The notes below the pieces were generated by a model. The model had not been told where the DNA came from and made no database searches. It worked only from the letters and a program-made list of their open reading frames with translations. A DNA stretch of 64,000 nt from an uncultured virus (IMG/VR IMGVR_UViG_2541047086_000003) (Duplodnaviria; Heunggongvirae; Uroviricota; Caudoviricetes), in IMG/VR virus record IMGVR_UViG_2541047086_000003, positions 62,001 through 126,000 of that record; one strand, given 5' to 3'. Shown piece after piece: positions 49,295-62,143 of the stretch (its first letter is position 1; the number at the start of each line of letters is the position of its first letter). The position numbers and the translations under genes are program-made.

Positions 49295-52200
49295 AACTCA
49301 CTTAAAACCATTTTCGCACGTATCGGGAATAATGATAGCTCAATTAAAGCCTTAGAACAGATTGGCATTTCTGTGAAAACAGCTAGTGGTGAGGCGAAAT
49401 CTGCTACTGAATTAATTAATGAGTTAGCAGACAAATGGAATAACCTCAGCGATGCTCAAAAACAAAACACCTCGATAGGTGTAGCGGGCATTTATCAGCT
49501 TTCTAGATTTAATGCCTTAATGAACAACTTTTCCATATCACAAAACGCAGCGACTACTGCGGCTAATTCCGCAGGAAGCGCTTGGAGTGAACAGCAGAAA
49601 TACGCTGACAGTTTACAGGCAAGATTAAATAGGTTGTCAAATGCATTTACAGAGATGTCAGTTGCCTCAAGTGAAGCTTTCATATCAGATAGTATTGTTG
49701 TTTTTGCAGATGCACTTAAAGGTTTAATGCAAATAAGTGCTCAAATCACTAAAACAGTCGGTCTCCTTCCTCAAGTTATAGGAGCTGCTACAGCTGCAGT
49801 TATGCTTTTTAACACTTCTTTACGTACAAGTGCACTTACCTCAGGAATGGCAATGGGCGCAGCCCTTAAAAATTTAGTACTCAACTTTAATGCTGTAACT
49901 GTTGGAGTAACTGCCGCCTCTGCCAAAACAGTTGTTTGGAATAGAGCTGTAACTGCATTTAATGCATCCCTAGTTGGACTTAAAAGAGTGGCGATGACCA
50001 CTGGAGCTTTCTTAGCAGGAAGTTTTCTTCCTATGGCAGCCATGGTTGGACTGGGCGTCGTTATTGAGAAACTCATTTCCTCTTATTCTGATTTAAAACA
50101 AGCTAGAGAAGACTTTGAACAAGCTAAAACTACTAGCATTGAAGCAATTACAACCAATAAAGATGAAACTGATAAACTGATTAGCCAATACAAAGAACTG
50201 CAAAAGGCTAAAGATGGCGGGGATTTATCAGCCAATCAGGAGCAAGAATACCTACAAGTAACGCAGCAATTGGCGCAAACGTTCCCGAATTTGATCGCCG
50301 GGTATGATTCTCAAGGGCAAGCAATCATAAAGAAAAACCAAGCACTAAAGGATGCTATAAAGTACACTGAAGACCTTACTAATTTAAACAAAAAAGACAT
50401 TCAAACAGGTGCTAATAGTAACTTTAAGGATAGCTTAAAAGACATTGATAAACTCAATGATAAGATTAAACAGTATAAGCAGGTTGCCGATTATTATAAA
50501 AACGGCAAGAGTTGGGATATTTTCTCTTCTGAAAATGACAAAAAAAATCAAGGTATTAAAGCTGAACAAGATGCACTACGTACTGAGCAAGAGCTATCCA
50601 GCTCACAGGCTAAAATTAGAGAGCAAGTGCAACAGACAATTGATGCCTTTAACTCAATAAAGATAAATCCGAATCTTTCAAGGGAAATATCTAACGCATT
50701 CGATAAAATCGACTTCAGCAAAATGAATGCAGATGAACTTGAGTCATTTTCAATAAATGTTTCGAAATACATGGAAAATATTCAAAAAGCTCTGCAATCG
50801 GGCAATAAAAATAATTTTGATTCCGCCTCTAAAAGCTTAGAACAGCTTGTTAATCAATATATGAGTGGTAAAGATAAAGCTAATGGTTTGGCTTTATCTT
50901 ATGATGACCTTAAAACTGCCATTGACTCTACAAATGATTCTGCACAAACTGCAAAAGTAACCTGGGATGAAAATGGTGAAGGTGTAGATGCATTAGGTGA
51001 GCAAGTCGGTAATTTATCTGACAAGCTCAAAGAAGCTAAAGGTGATTTTGAAGCAATTAAAGGAATCATCGATGATTTAGTTGAATCGAAGCAAAATGAT
51101 GCTGCTATATCTGCCATTCAAAATGAAGCTTATGACACTATGTCTGACAGCATCTCCCCTTTAAATAACCTCCTTGAAAAAATGTCTGAAGGTAAAAGCA
51201 TATCTGCAACAGAAGCCATGAAACTTATTCAGAAGGAACATGATCTTGCTGATGCAATTTCAGTTGAAAATGGTGTTGTAAAAATCAACAGAAATGCAGT
51301 TGTTAAGCTTCGGGATACAAAACTCAAAGCTTACAATGATATGCAACAATCTGTAAGACAAGATTTAATTAATCAGGCTAACGCATTAAATAAAAAGATT
51401 AACATGTATAAGTCTGAAGTTAAGGCTATCAAGACTGTGCAAGATGCTTATAACATGAAATCAGAGCTGGAGAGTAACAAACAAAAGATCTATGATGAAT
51501 TAAAAAAAGGAAACAGCGGATCGCTGCAATTCCTTCCAAAGAATCAAGAGGATCTGAAACAAGTTACCGATATCACCGATCAGCTTAAAGAGCTTGATAA
51601 ACTAGCCGATTTGGCTTCAACTTCCCTATCTGAAACAGGAACATCTCTTGATGACCTGTCTTCTTCAAGTGATAAAGCCTCTGAGGAAATTAAAACATCT
51701 ATGTATGTGGCTGACAAATACAAGGAAGCTCTGGAGAAAGTTAATGCCGAAGTCGAAAAGTACAATAAGCAAGTAAACGACTATCCAAAGTATTCTCAAA
51801 GTTATCGGAATGCCCTGCAGAAAGAAATTAAAGCTCTTCAACAAAAGAAAAAGCTTATGCAGGAGCAAGCCAAACTCCTCAAGGATCAAATTAAGTCAGG
51901 GAACATTGCACAATACGGTATAGTTACCTCTTCCCTCTCCTCTGGTTCATCTTCTGGTAGTTCTTATTCTTCCGGTGGCGGGTCTTACTCCGGTAAATAC
52001 TCCAGCTACATTAATTCTGCCGCAAGCAAATACGGTGTTGATCCAGCTCTAATTGCAGCTGTAATCCAGCAAGAATCTGGATTCAATGCAAGAGTTCGTT
52101 CTGGAGCAGGCGCAGCCGGATTAATGCAGTTGATGCCTTCAACTGCTAAAAGCTTAGGTGTAAACAATGTTTATGATCCGTATCAGAACATTATGGGTGG

Positions 52201-54601
52201 TACGAAATATCTAGCCCAACAACTAAGCAAATTTGGTGGCAATGTTGAGAAAGCACTTGCTGCTTATAACGCAGGGCCTGGTAATGTAATTAAATATGGT
52301 GGCATCCCTCCTTTCAAAGAAACGCAGAATTATGTTCAGAAGATCATGTCTAATTACACTAAGTCAATGACTTCTGCTAATTCATCCATTGCAAGCTACT
52401 ACACGAAGAACAGCGCTTTTAGAATAAGTTCTAAGTATGGTGCACAAGATGGCTCTTACCGATCAACTCCACATAAAGGTATCGACTTTGCAGCGAAAGC
52501 TGGAACCGCAATTAAATCGGTTCAGAGTGGAAAAGTTCAAATTGCTGGTTATAGTAAAACTGCCGGTAACTGGGTTGTCATTCAGCAGGATGATGGGAAA
52601 GTTGCTAAGTATATGCATATGCTTGATACCCCTTCTGTTAAAGCCGGTCAAACTGTTAAAGCTGGCCAGACCATCGGTAAAGTTGGCAGTACGGGTAATT
52701 CAACAGGAAATCACCTTCATCTTCAAATTGAGGAAAACGGAAAGACTATTGACCCTGAGAAGTATTTAAAAGGTGTCGGTACATCTATTTCAGATGCATC
52801 TCAAGCTGAAGCAGAACGACAGCAAGCAATCGCACAAGCTAAATCCGACCTCCTCTCCCTCCAAGGCGACATTGACTCAGTAAACGATCAGATACAAGAA
52901 CTCAGATATGAAATCGTTCAGTCGAAACTTGATGAATATGACAAGCGTATTGGTGATTTTGATGTAAGAATCGCTAAAGACAAAGCCCTCGCTAGTCATT
53001 ATCTGAGCGACAGTAAAGAATTCCGCAAGTATACAAACGATCAGAAAAAAGCTTTAACTGAACAGCAAAAGATTCAGGGTCAGAAGGTTTCTTTTATTGA
53101 AAAAGAAATCAAAACAAACAAAACTTTAAATGGTGCTCAAAGAGCACAGCTTGCTGAGGAATTAAAACAGGCTAAGATTGATCTCATCAATTTTCAAGAA
53201 GAAGTAAGAGAACTTCGAGGACAGCTCATTCAGTCTGAGGTTGATCAAACACTTAACGGTATTGAGAAATCAACCAAGAAAACTGAATCCAAGCTTAAAG
53301 ATGTTAGCAACAAAATATCCATGACCGAGGAAGATAAAGACAAGGTTAAATATTATAGCCAACAGATTAAGCTTATTCAGCAGCAACAGAATGAAGCGAA
53401 AAAGTATATCAAACAGTTGGAAGCACAAAAGAAAGCTGCTAAAGGGTTCCCGGATATTCAGAAACAAATTACTGAAGAGATCGAGAACTGGAAAGACAAG
53501 CAGAAGGATTACAATCTTGAGCTTTATAACACAAAGAAATCAATCAAAGATGTGTACAAATCTCTTGCTGATGAAGTTGTCTCCATCTATAAAGAGATGT
53601 ACGAAAAGATGCGTGACATTGAATTAAAAGCGCACCAAAAAGCTACGCAAGACTTGATTGATGAGATTGATAAAACTGATGATGAAGCTAAATTTCAAAG
53701 ACAGTTAAAAGAGAAGCAAGACAGTATCCAAAAACTCACTGACCAAATTAATCAGTATTCTCTTGATGACTCAGAGTTTGGTAAGTCAAAGGTTAAGGAA
53801 TTGACTGAGCAGCTACAAAAGGAACAGTTAGATTTAGATGAGTTTCTTAAAGATCGTGAAAGTAGCAAACGAAAAGAAGCGTTGCAAGATCAGCTTCAAA
53901 AAGACGAAGATTCAATTAACAAGAAATATGATGATCTCGTCAATGATGAGCGTGGATTTAAGGAACTTGAGAAAAAGCTAATGGATGGGAAGATTACTGA
54001 TATTGCTAAGCAACTGAATGAATTCTCTAAGTTCATTAACAGCAATATGGAGTCCATCGGGAAAAGCATCTCTAATAACCTTATCGATAAGCTTAAAGAA
54101 GCTTCTAATGCCCTTAATACTGTGACTAAAGGTAATACAACAGGCAAAAAAATATCCTCATTTGAAACAGGAGGATACACAGGAACAGGTTTAGGTTCTG
54201 GCAAGCTTGCTATTCTTCATGATAAAGAGCTTATTCTGAATAAGACTGACACCAAGAACATGCTTGAAACTGTAAAGCATGTTCGCAATCTGTCTGATAA
54301 CGATTTGAATAATGAAACACCTAAATGGGGGCAAGGTGGAAAATTAGCAGCCTTGATTAACAAAGGAATCACCGCTATTCCATCAATAATTCCGAATATT
54401 AGCCAATCGAGCCTATCTAATAGTTTGATACCAAATGTTAAAACCACTAACCTCCCTCCTACAGTTAATTCTACTGGTGATAAAACAGTGAATCTAACAA
54501 ACAATTTCAATATTGAAAAGCTCACAGGTGGTGAAACAGGAGCTAGGACAATGTTCGAAACCATCAAGAAAGAAGTTATAAAATTAAATGGAAGCATGTA
54601 A
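49295..54601 (+). CDS. yomI: Tape measure protein, exon 2, with SLT lytic transglycosylase and M23 peptidase domains (spliced product 2290 aa)
   Basis: SLT motifs QESGFN, GLMQLMP, AAYNAG, ETQNYV; M23 motifs HKGID and HLH. Confidence 0.92.
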   Translation, partial: NSLKTIFARIGNNDSSIKALEQIGISVKTASGEAKSATELINELADKWNNLSDAQKQNTSIGVAGIYQLSRFNALMNNFSISQNAATTAANSAGSAWSEQQKYADSLQARLNRLSNAFTEMSVASSEAFISDSIVVFADALKGLMQISAQITKTVGLLPQVIGAATAAVMLFNTSLRTSALTSGMAMGAALKNLVLNFNAVTVGVTAASAKTVVWNRAVTAFNASLVGLKRVAMTTGAFLAGSFLPMAAMVGLGVVIEKLISSYSDLKQAREDFEQAKTTSIEAITTNKDETDKLISQYKELQKAKDGGDLSANQEQEYLQVTQQLAQTFPNLIAGYDSQGQAIIKKNQALKDAIKYTEDLTNLNKKDIQTGANSNFKDSLKDIDKLNDKIKQYKQVADYYKNGKSWDIFSSENDKKNQGIKAEQDALRTEQELSSSQAKIREQVQQTIDAFNSIKINPNLSREISNAFDKIDFSKMNADELESFSINVSKYMENIQKALQSGNKNNFDSASKSLEQLVNQYMSGKDKANGLALSYDDLKTAIDSTNDSAQTAKVTWDENGEGVDALGEQVGNLSDKLKEAKGDFEAIKGIIDDLVESKQNDAAISAIQNEAYDTMSDSISPLNNLLEKMSEGKSISATEAMKLIQKEHDLADAISVENGVVKINRNAVVKLRDTKLKAYNDMQQSVRQDLINQANALNKKINMYKSEVKAIKTVQDAYNMKSELESNKQKIYDELKKGNSGSLQFLPKNQEDLKQVTDITDQLKELDKLADLASTSLSETGTSLDDLSSSSDKASEEIKTSMYVADKYKEALEKVNAEVEKYNKQVNDYPKYSQSYRNALQKEIKALQQKKKLMQEQAKLLKDQIKSGNIAQYGIVTSSLSSGSSSGSSYSSGGGSYSGKYSSYINSAASKYGVDPALIAAVIQQESGFNARVRSGAGAAGLMQLMPSTAKSLGVNNVYDPYQNIMGGTKYLAQQLSKFGGNVEKALAAYNAGPGNVIKYGGIPPFKETQNYVQKIMSNYTKSMTSANSSIASYYTKNSAFRISSKYGAQDGSYRSTPHKGIDFAAKAGTAIKSVQSGKVQIAGYSKTAGNWVVIQQDDGKVAKYMHMLDTPSVKAGQTVKAGQTIGKVGSTGNSTGNHLHLQIEENGKTIDPEKYLKGVGTSISDASQAEAERQQAIAQAKSDLLSLQGDIDSVNDQIQELRYEIVQSKLDEYDKRIGDFDVRIAKDKALASHYLSDSKEFRKYTNDQKKALTEQQKIQGQKVSFIEKEIKTNKTLNGAQRAQLAEELKQAKIDLINFQEEVRELRGQLIQSEVDQTLNGIEKSTKKTESKLKDVSNKISMTEEDKDKVKYYSQQIKLIQQQQNEAKKYIKQLEAQKKAAKGFPDIQKQITEEIENWKDKQKDYNLELYNTKKSIKDVYKSLADEVVSIYKEMYEKMRDIELKAHQKATQDLIDEIDKTDDEAKFQRQLKEKQDSIQKLTDQINQYSLDDSEFGKSKVKELTEQLQKEQLDLDEFLKDRESSKRKEALQDQLQKDEDSINKKYDDLVNDERGFKELEKKLMDGKITDIAKQLNEFSKFINSNMESIGKSISNNLIDKLKEASNALNTVTKGNTTGKKISSFETGGYTGTGLGSGKLAILHDKELILNKTDTKNMLETVKHVRNLSDNDLNNETPKWGQGGKLAALINKGITAIPSIIPNISQSSLSNSLIPNVKTTNLPPTVNSTGDKTVNLTNNFNIEKLTGGETGARTMFETIKKEVIKLNGSM

Positions 54602-54658
54602 GAGTCTGTATAATGCAGGCTCTTCAGCTTGCTTTTTGATTGGTAAGGGTGGAATTTT

Positions 54659-55417
54659 ATGATTAGAGAAAGTCAATATTTCATGTTCGATGATATCCCC
54701 TCTTATGAAATTGGGGCAGTGAATGTAAACACAGAGGGCGGACTACTGGAAGAGACATTCATAGCGAATAGAACAGTAAATGAAACATATACACGATCAG
54801 CTTCTGAGCCATATGTAGACAGTGTTAAACGTGAACCATATGAAATCCCTTTAAACTTTTACATAGAAGATCATTTAGATGAAGAAAATATTCGAAGAGT
54901 TGCACGTTGGCTAAATGTAGATGATTACAAGCCTCTTTCATTCAGTAGTAATTTAGATATCATTTATTTTGCTTTGCCAGTGAACGCAACAGATTTAGTA
55001 CACAACTGCTCTAATGATGGATATGTGAAGCTGACAATGAAAGTATTTCCTTATAGGTATGGACGAGAAACAACTACCCATTGGCATGACATATCATCAG
55101 GCTCTAATAATATAGAAATTAAAAATATAGGGGATTTAGATATCCCACTCTCTCTCGAATTCAAAAAAATTGGTGATGGAGACATCACAATTGAAAACTT
55201 GACAGCTTATAAAGAACCTCTAAAATTCACATCAATTAAACATCAGGAAGTTATTAATGTAGATGCCAACAAAGAGCTGATCACCTCCAGTGTTACTGGG
55301 TATGAGTGTTATGATCAAGTCAATGAACAGTATGTTTTTTTAACAAGAGGGATAAACAGAGTTAAAATAACGGGCGAATGTTATATCCGGTTCATATACA
55401 GATATAAGTATTTGTAA
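54659..55417 (+). CDS. yomH: Distal tail protein
   Basis: 252 aa directly after the tape measure gene. Confidence 0.75.
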   Translation: MIRESQYFMFDDIPSYEIGAVNVNTEGGLLEETFIANRTVNETYTRSASEPYVDSVKREPYEIPLNFYIEDHLDEENIRRVARWLNVDDYKPLSFSSNLDIIYFALPVNATDLVHNCSNDGYVKLTMKVFPYRYGRETTTHWHDISSGSNNIEIKNIGDLDIPLSLEFKKIGDGDITIENLTAYKEPLKFTSIKHQEVINVDANKELITSSVTGYECYDQVNEQYVFLTRGINRVKITGECYIRFIYRYKYL

Positions 55418-55429
55418 GGGGATGTTTTA

Positions 55430-58400
55430 TTGATTTACGATTTTAAACCAGGCCATCTCAAACTTTCTTTAGCAAAACCAAATAAAAAGAAAGTCGCTAA
55501 TATAGTAGATTTCTCTAACGCCTCTCTAAATTTGAATTTTGATGAACTCCACGATCTAACTTTTAATATCCCACTTAAAGCAAGATATAATTTCAAGATG
55601 AAGCCAAACCATGTGGCAGAACTCATAAAAGGCTGGTATCTCATTAAGGCAGAATTCTTAAACAGAGTTGAATGGTTTGTAATAACCGGATTGACAAAGT
55701 CAGAAAATGAGGAACAAACAATACAAGTTAGAGCTCAAGGTCTTCCCTACATTCTTCATAAAAGCAAAATCAAATCATATGAAGGCATCTCTAAAAATCT
55801 GTTGGAAGTTGCCACAGATTGTCTTAAAGGAACTTGCTTTACTGTAGACTTTATTGACCCCTCTTTTAATGAAAAGCGCCGCTCATTTGATGTTACCTCT
55901 ACCCGATATGAGTTTTTAAAGAACATTGGAGAAACTTTTGAGGCTGTGCCTATATTTGATACTGTGAACAACACAGTATCATTTTATAAAAAAGAAACTG
56001 TGTCCAAGTATAAAGGTGTCCAATTCTCTCCTAAAAGGTTCATGATTGATATGGAAGATACCATTGATATTGATGAAGTTGTAACACGATTAGACATTAC
56101 CGGTAAAGATGGAATTGTTATTAATTCAGTCAATCCTACTGGACAGAGTTACTTGGATGATTTCTCTTATTTCCTCTACCCTTTTGAACGTGATGAAAAG
56201 AGAAATGTAATTAAGCATAGTGATTACATGGATGATGATTTGTGCCATGCAATTTTAGATTACAATGAACTTGTAAATAAAGAAGGCTCTTCTTTTTACC
56301 TCCTTTTAAATCAGAAAAAAGATCTGGAAGCAACAAAAACGAAACAAGAGAATACCCTCTTCACCCTAGAAAAAATCGAATTACAACAAATCTTAGATAA
56401 GATCACAGTAGCAAAAAAAGCTGGAGATGACACGAAAGACCTTATCAAGCAAAGAGATGCCAAGCAGCTAGAAGTTACATCAAAGAAAGCTGAAATATCC
56501 ACCACTGCCAATCAGATTTCCAAGATAACTGAAGAAATAGCAGTGTTAAAAGATCGTCTGTCTATGGATAAGTTTCTCGGTGAAAAGCTAATGAAAAAGT
56601 TGTCTTATTTTATCCGTCAAGAAGATTGGTCTAATGACAACATTTTTGATGAAACAGAGCTGTATGAAAAAGGTCTTGAGGAACTTGGGGAGAAAAATAC
56701 ACCCCCGGTAGACATCAGAACAAACATTGTGAACCTATTTACTGTCAACAAAGAAAAGTACTTTTGGGATAGAATTTACCTGGGAGATATAATCAGATTA
56801 GTTAATGACGATTTTAGAACTGATGTCAAAGCAACACTTACAGGAATGAATTTTGATTTTGAGCAGCAAAGTATACAAGTAACACTTTCGAATGGAAAAA
56901 GAGCTACTACGATAGAACAAGACTTTGCACGCTCATTGTATACTGCCAAGAAAGCATCAACTGAATTCAATAAGAAAAAGATTGATTATGATACCCTACT
57001 GACCAATTACAATGCACGGAATGATCGTATATCTGCACCCGTTGCAAACCCAACTATCCGTAATGATGGGACTGCTATAACTCATGTTGTAAATGATAAT
57101 GGATCTGTAGATGTATCAATCGAATGGGATTTTCCAGACTCCAATGAGGATAAATGCAATATCGATGGTTTTCTTATCCATTGCTACTCTGACACATCAG
57201 ATGATACCTATCTTTTTGGTTCAAAGATGTCAGCTGAACAATATTTATCAGTTAGTTATGATAAACGAATTGCAACATTAACCGGTCAAGTTTCAAATAA
57301 GCACTATACATTTGGAGTCCAAGCCTATCGCACAGTAGAGACATCTATTGATAGTAGCGGTCGAATATTATCTGATATTGTACAGCCTAAATTCCCCTCA
57401 GAAAACCCCTACCTCCCCTCTTCTACTGTAGAAGTCAAAGGTAAGCTTAATGGCTCGAAATACACTGTCTCCTCAACTGAACCCGAAGAGCCAGAAGCAA
57501 ACGATTTATGGACTAATACGGTTACCGGTGTTGTTTCCTCTTATGACGGCGAAAAATGGGTTTCCAGTGACCAGAAAACTGCTGAGTTAGTTGAAACCAC
57601 AGCAGCACAAGTTGACACTAAACTCTCCGACTATGATAGTCGTGTCCAAAACATTGAGCTCAATAACCTTTTGGTCAATCCCCTGAAATGGAAAGGCGGA
57701 AATGTTTCTGCATTTGGTCGTAAATATTATGCCGATGTCAGTTATGACTCAACTGTTTTAAACTTAAATACAATCACTATTCCTATCCTTATTAATGCAG
57801 TAGATGCTTCAGATTCAAATCCGACTGTTGTGGACTACACTTATAACGAAGCGTGGGATATGATCCCTAAACTCAAAAATGATGGATATAACATTATTTT
57901 AGAACCTTACCCCTTCATCGCAAATGGAACCGTAGCTGAAACCGATTGGATCCCTTCTGATCTAAACCAATGGTTCACAGCATGGAACAACATCCTTCAA
58001 GACTTCGCCAAAAAATGCGAGCAATTTAAATTAGACGGTTTATACATAGCTTCAAACTTAGTTCATATGGAAGATTCAACAGAAAAGTGGAAATCAGTTA
58101 TTACAGGGCTTAGGAGTTTATTTTCTGGCAAGATACTCTACCGGACAAATTATTGGGTAACCGCTGAGTGGGCTCCTGAAACGATTGTTGCGTATAACAA
58201 AAAGCTGAACAATCCTATATTTGGACTAGTCGATATTATTGCAATAGCTGCTTATTTTGAATTGACTGATAACCGTAATCCAACTGTCGATCAGTTAATT
58301 GATGCTATTTATAGCGTACCGTTATATGGACGAGGACAGAATATATTCAAGGAAATCAAAGCATTTTACGATAAATGGAATAGGCCGATCTTCTTTGGTG

Positions 58401-58711
58401 AACTTGGCATCCCACCTTACAGTAACTCTCCTGAACAGCCCCATAACGCATTCGGAGACCTAGGAGAATACAATGAATCAATTCAGGCGAATTGGTTTGA
58501 AGCTTGGGTTAGAGTTTTTCAAGCTCAAGATTGGTGGCAAGGATATTCTGTATATGCGATTTCAGATGAGAAGTCTGTTTACAACGTAATTGGCAAGAAA
58601 GCTGAATCCATTATTAGAGGACAAACATTAGGTGGTACTAAGGGCAGACTGCAGAGTTTAGAAGAGAGAGTCGCGCACTTAGAAGAATTGCTCAAATCAA
58701 TTACACAATAA
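55430..58711 (+). CDS. yomG: Tail tip/hub protein with a C-terminal glycoside-hydrolase-like TIM barrel
   Basis: Prophage-tail-type N-terminus; C-terminal IILEP, ILYRTN, IAIAAY, PIFFGELG, QANWFEA resemble GH113/GTA TIM barrels. Confidence 0.75.
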   Translation: MIYDFKPGHLKLSLAKPNKKKVANIVDFSNASLNLNFDELHDLTFNIPLKARYNFKMKPNHVAELIKGWYLIKAEFLNRVEWFVITGLTKSENEEQTIQVRAQGLPYILHKSKIKSYEGISKNLLEVATDCLKGTCFTVDFIDPSFNEKRRSFDVTSTRYEFLKNIGETFEAVPIFDTVNNTVSFYKKETVSKYKGVQFSPKRFMIDMEDTIDIDEVVTRLDITGKDGIVINSVNPTGQSYLDDFSYFLYPFERDEKRNVIKHSDYMDDDLCHAILDYNELVNKEGSSFYLLLNQKKDLEATKTKQENTLFTLEKIELQQILDKITVAKKAGDDTKDLIKQRDAKQLEVTSKKAEISTTANQISKITEEIAVLKDRLSMDKFLGEKLMKKLSYFIRQEDWSNDNIFDETELYEKGLEELGEKNTPPVDIRTNIVNLFTVNKEKYFWDRIYLGDIIRLVNDDFRTDVKATLTGMNFDFEQQSIQVTLSNGKRATTIEQDFARSLYTAKKASTEFNKKKIDYDTLLTNYNARNDRISAPVANPTIRNDGTAITHVVNDNGSVDVSIEWDFPDSNEDKCNIDGFLIHCYSDTSDDTYLFGSKMSAEQYLSVSYDKRIATLTGQVSNKHYTFGVQAYRTVETSIDSSGRILSDIVQPKFPSENPYLPSSTVEVKGKLNGSKYTVSSTEPEEPEANDLWTNTVTGVVSSYDGEKWVSSDQKTAELVETTAAQVDTKLSDYDSRVQNIELNNLLVNPLKWKGGNVSAFGRKYYADVSYDSTVLNLNTITIPILINAVDASDSNPTVVDYTYNEAWDMIPKLKNDGYNIILEPYPFIANGTVAETDWIPSDLNQWFTAWNNILQDFAKKCEQFKLDGLYIASNLVHMEDSTEKWKSVITGLRSLFSGKILYRTNYWVTAEWAPETIVAYNKKLNNPIFGLVDIIAIAAYFELTDNRNPTVDQLIDAIYSVPLYGRGQNIFKEIKAFYDKWNRPIFFGELGIPPYSNSPEQPHNAFGDLGEYNESIQANWFEAWVRVFQAQDWWQGYSVYAISDEKSVYNVIGKKAESIIRGQTLGGTKGRLQSLEERVAHLEELLKSITQ

Positions 58712-58731
58712 GAAAGGACGGTGAATTTAGT

Positions 58732-59547
58732 TTGGATTTTCCTCAGCTCTATAACGACCCCACCCTTTCTCAAAAAAGGAAGGGCTCAATCGATGACCCT
58801 TATTTAAGCTACAGTGAAACTTTAACTGTTTACAATGGTCGAGTCTTACTTACAGAAGTACCTAACCGTGAGTACAGAGTCGAGGTTAGTGGTGACAGTA
58901 AAGAATGGCGAGAAATTGAAGATGGTGAATTAGAAGACAACTACTTTAAGGTTGATTACCTTATGGGAGTTGTCTTTTTCAATGGTTCAAATGAAGGCAA
59001 ATCACTTACTTTTACATATCAAGGAGAAGGTGCATCTTTCTTCCCTGCCTCAAGAATTTGGATTAAACGGCAAGGAAATATGGTCATTGAAACACTTCAA
59101 GGCTTAATTGATGATGCTGAAGATGCCATTATTCGTATCAACGAACGTATTGCTGAATGTGAACGTGTCACCAAGCGATGTGTTGAAATAACAAATTGGT
59201 GCAGACAAGCAACATCAGATTATGAGTATGTAGTTGAGAACACTAGGAAGATTTACTTGCCGTTTGTGTACACCTATCAGGATTTATTAAGCACTTATCC
59301 TTCCCCTCAAATTGGTTGGACTGTCACTGTAAAAGAAACAGGCATTGAATATCGATGGGATGGTTTTGACTGGATAAATATTAGCGTCTCAGATAAGTAT
59401 GATGGTTTCAACATTGTTTCTAGCTATGTAGAGCCTTACAACATCAGGTCAGTATGGTTGAGAACGAACAATGCTCCCAAAAAGATGAGGATAAAACCTT
59501 CTGTAGAACCCCCTGACGGAAGTATGGTTTGGATTAGAAAAGGATAA
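58732..59547 (+). CDS. yomF: YomF-like baseplate/tail protein
   Basis: 271 aa, synteny. Confidence 0.7.
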   Translation: MDFPQLYNDPTLSQKRKGSIDDPYLSYSETLTVYNGRVLLTEVPNREYRVEVSGDSKEWREIEDGELEDNYFKVDYLMGVVFFNGSNEGKSLTFTYQGEGASFFPASRIWIKRQGNMVIETLQGLIDDAEDAIIRINERIAECERVTKRCVEITNWCRQATSDYEYVVENTRKIYLPFVYTYQDLLSTYPSPQIGWTVTVKETGIEYRWDGFDWINISVSDKYDGFNIVSSYVEPYNIRSVWLRTNNAPKKMRIKPSVEPPDGSMVWIRKG

Positions 59548-59560
59548 GGAGGAGTATATA

Positions 59561-62143
59561 TTGAACGACAATTTAATTCCCGTAAACACAATGGGTTATA
59601 TGGACGAAGAAACAGAGCAATGGATACCCATTGATGCTATCGGGTTAAAATCAAATAATATTAGATATACTGCAGACGATATTCAAGAGGCTTTTGATAA
59701 AGCTTCTAAGGATATTAAAAACGTAATAAGTACAGTCGATTCTGGCTTAACAGATATCACAAACACTATTGGAGACATTTCAAAAATCCCTGCATCCGGT
59801 GCAACAATTGTTGATAAAGTCCTAAATGAATTTATCAGACGAAGTGTCAATGTTCAGGATTTTGGAGCTAAGGGTGATGGTGTTACTGATGACACTGAAG
59901 CTTTCAAAACTGCCTTTGCAAGTGGGAAACGAGAGGTTTTTGTTCCGGCAGGGATTTACATGGTTCAAGGATTGCACATCCCCTCTTATGTCAGACTTTA
60001 TGGTGTTGGATCAGGGTCTGTTATCAAACTTCACCCAACTGCTACTGGAACATCTTGTGTATTAACCAATAGTGACTACACAAATGGAAACGAATTTATC
60101 TTAATTGAATACTTAGACCTCGACTGGAATTTAGATAAAAATGATAACACCATTACAAACGGAACAAATGCGAACTGTGTGGGCATTGTTAACTCTAAAT
60201 TTGTTCGGGTTAGAAACGTCAATGCTCGTAATCCAGGTGTACACGGTTTTGATGTAAGCTCCCCTGTTTGGAACTCTTCTTCTGATGGAGCAGATCATTA
60301 TCAGCCAAATGGTAGCAAATATGTTTGGATTGAAAATTGTACTGCAACTAATTATGGTGACGACGGCTTCACAACGCACTATTCTGATTACGTCTTCTTC
60401 ACTAACTGTTACGCCTATGACGCTAATGGATCCGCACACAGCAAAGGAGCTTCAAATTCAAACGGTTTTGAAATTGATGACGGCTCTAAAAACGTATGGC
60501 TTGTGAACTGTTACAGCCGAAAAAATTGCAGGGGTTTTGAAGTCAAAGCTCACAACAGAGCGCCTGCAGCAAGAAACGTAAATTTAATTAACTGCTATTC
60601 CGAAAATGATATCCGCGCATTTGATTTTAGGCATATTGGCTTTCACCTAGCCTCCGAAAAACCCTCTACAAGTGCATTTGACATTAATGTCGTTAACTGC
60701 ACTGCCCAACATCCTATCTTCAGCGACCTTTATAAAGGGTTAAATCCCCGTGCACTTGTTATTTCCGCTTATAGAAATGTAAATGTATCAAACTTCAATG
60801 CAATTGGTGATCCGACGTATGATTATAAGAATACTATAGTAATCTCTACTCAATATAAGAGCAGAAATATCAACCTAAGCAACATCACTGTTTCAGGGTT
60901 TACAACAGCAAGTAACGATATCTATGTAATCGGTGGAGCCCAAAAATCAGACAATGTAAACATCTCGAATGTAACCATTAACCAATCTGCACTAGTGGGT
61001 ATTGCTGTTGGAAGTAAAGTTGGCTCAGTCAATATCAATAACGTTAACATGACGGGAACAAACAAAGCAGGTTCAATAGGTGTTTATTGCACTAACTCAC
61101 AAGCCAATATTAACGCTGCGATGTGCGAACAATACGCTACTCCCAGTAAAATTGCCGGGAAAACCTACGCATTTATCCCGAATAATTTCAAAGGTGGTAC
61201 ACGGATTGCGACGACTTCCGGCTACGCTAAAACAAATACTAGCGTCGTAATGGCATCTTCAGGTGGCGGACAAGCAACTGGTGACGCTTCTGCCGTTATT
61301 GCAACAACTGGCGGTTCTAAAGCAGAAGGGCCACGTAATGCAGTTATTGCGTCCTCTGGAGGATCTAAAACAACTGCAGAAGGAAGTCGTTCATTGGTTG
61401 TTGCATCAAATAATTCTTCCATTGAAGGATCAGGATCTTCTAGGGTTGTTATTGGATCACAATCTGTAGCAAATAGAAAAGGTTATACCACTATATGGGG
61501 ATATGGAACATCAGATGCCCCTTCCACCTCGAACATTAAGATAGAACATGATGCGATGAGAGGAAATATTGCCTTAACCGGTCAGGTTAAAGGTGCTTCC
61601 ACATTTGCTGATTATGCGGAGTACTTCGAATCTGCAGATGGAAGAGCAATTCCTACCGGATATATGGTCACACTTGATGGGGACAAAATTAAAAAAGCGA
61701 ATCTCGGTGACAAGGTATTAGGGGTTATATCTGAAACAGCTGGCATTGTGCTCGGAGAGTCTTTGTTTAATTGGCAAGGAAGATACCTCAAAAATGAATT
61801 CGGCGGTCTTATTTATGAAGATAGGGATGTGACATTTGTGGATTCGGAAGGTATGCAAAGAACAGAAATAAGAAGGCTACCAAAAGAAAATCCCAACTTC
61901 AATGCCAATGAAGAATATGTTCCACGATCTGAGCGTCCTGAATGGAATATAGTCGGTATGTTTGGACAAATTTTCGTTCGCATTGATGAAACAGTTCAAG
62001 ACGGCGACAGAATTGTACCCAAAGCCGGCAAAGGATCAAAATCCTCTGATGCTTCAGGTTATCCGGTAATGAAAATAACAACGCCTTACACAAAAGAAAG
62101 AGGATACGGTGTTGCTGTCTGCTTAATAACACCGACAGTTTAA
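59561..62143 (+). CDS. yomE: Tail spike (beta-helix) with C-terminal peptidase G2 autocleaving chaperone
   Basis: VNVQDFGAKGDGVTDDT, beta-helix repeats, ADYAEYFE, YVPRSERPEWNIVGMFGQ. Confidence 0.88.
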   Translation: MNDNLIPVNTMGYMDEETEQWIPIDAIGLKSNNIRYTADDIQEAFDKASKDIKNVISTVDSGLTDITNTIGDISKIPASGATIVDKVLNEFIRRSVNVQDFGAKGDGVTDDTEAFKTAFASGKREVFVPAGIYMVQGLHIPSYVRLYGVGSGSVIKLHPTATGTSCVLTNSDYTNGNEFILIEYLDLDWNLDKNDNTITNGTNANCVGIVNSKFVRVRNVNARNPGVHGFDVSSPVWNSSSDGADHYQPNGSKYVWIENCTATNYGDDGFTTHYSDYVFFTNCYAYDANGSAHSKGASNSNGFEIDDGSKNVWLVNCYSRKNCRGFEVKAHNRAPAARNVNLINCYSENDIRAFDFRHIGFHLASEKPSTSAFDINVVNCTAQHPIFSDLYKGLNPRALVISAYRNVNVSNFNAIGDPTYDYKNTIVISTQYKSRNINLSNITVSGFTTASNDIYVIGGAQKSDNVNISNVTINQSALVGIAVGSKVGSVNINNVNMTGTNKAGSIGVYCTNSQANINAAMCEQYATPSKIAGKTYAFIPNNFKGGTRIATTSGYAKTNTSVVMASSGGGQATGDASAVIATTGGSKAEGPRNAVIASSGGSKTTAEGSRSLVVASNNSSIEGSGSSRVVIGSQSVANRKGYTTIWGYGTSDAPSTSNIKIEHDAMRGNIALTGQVKGASTFADYAEYFESADGRAIPTGYMVTLDGDKIKKANLGDKVLGVISETAGIVLGESLFNWQGRYLKNEFGGLIYEDRDVTFVDSEGMQRTEIRRLPKENPNFNANEEYVPRSERPEWNIVGMFGQIFVRIDETVQDGDRIVPKAGKGSKSSDASGYPVMKITTPYTKERGYGVAVCLITPTV

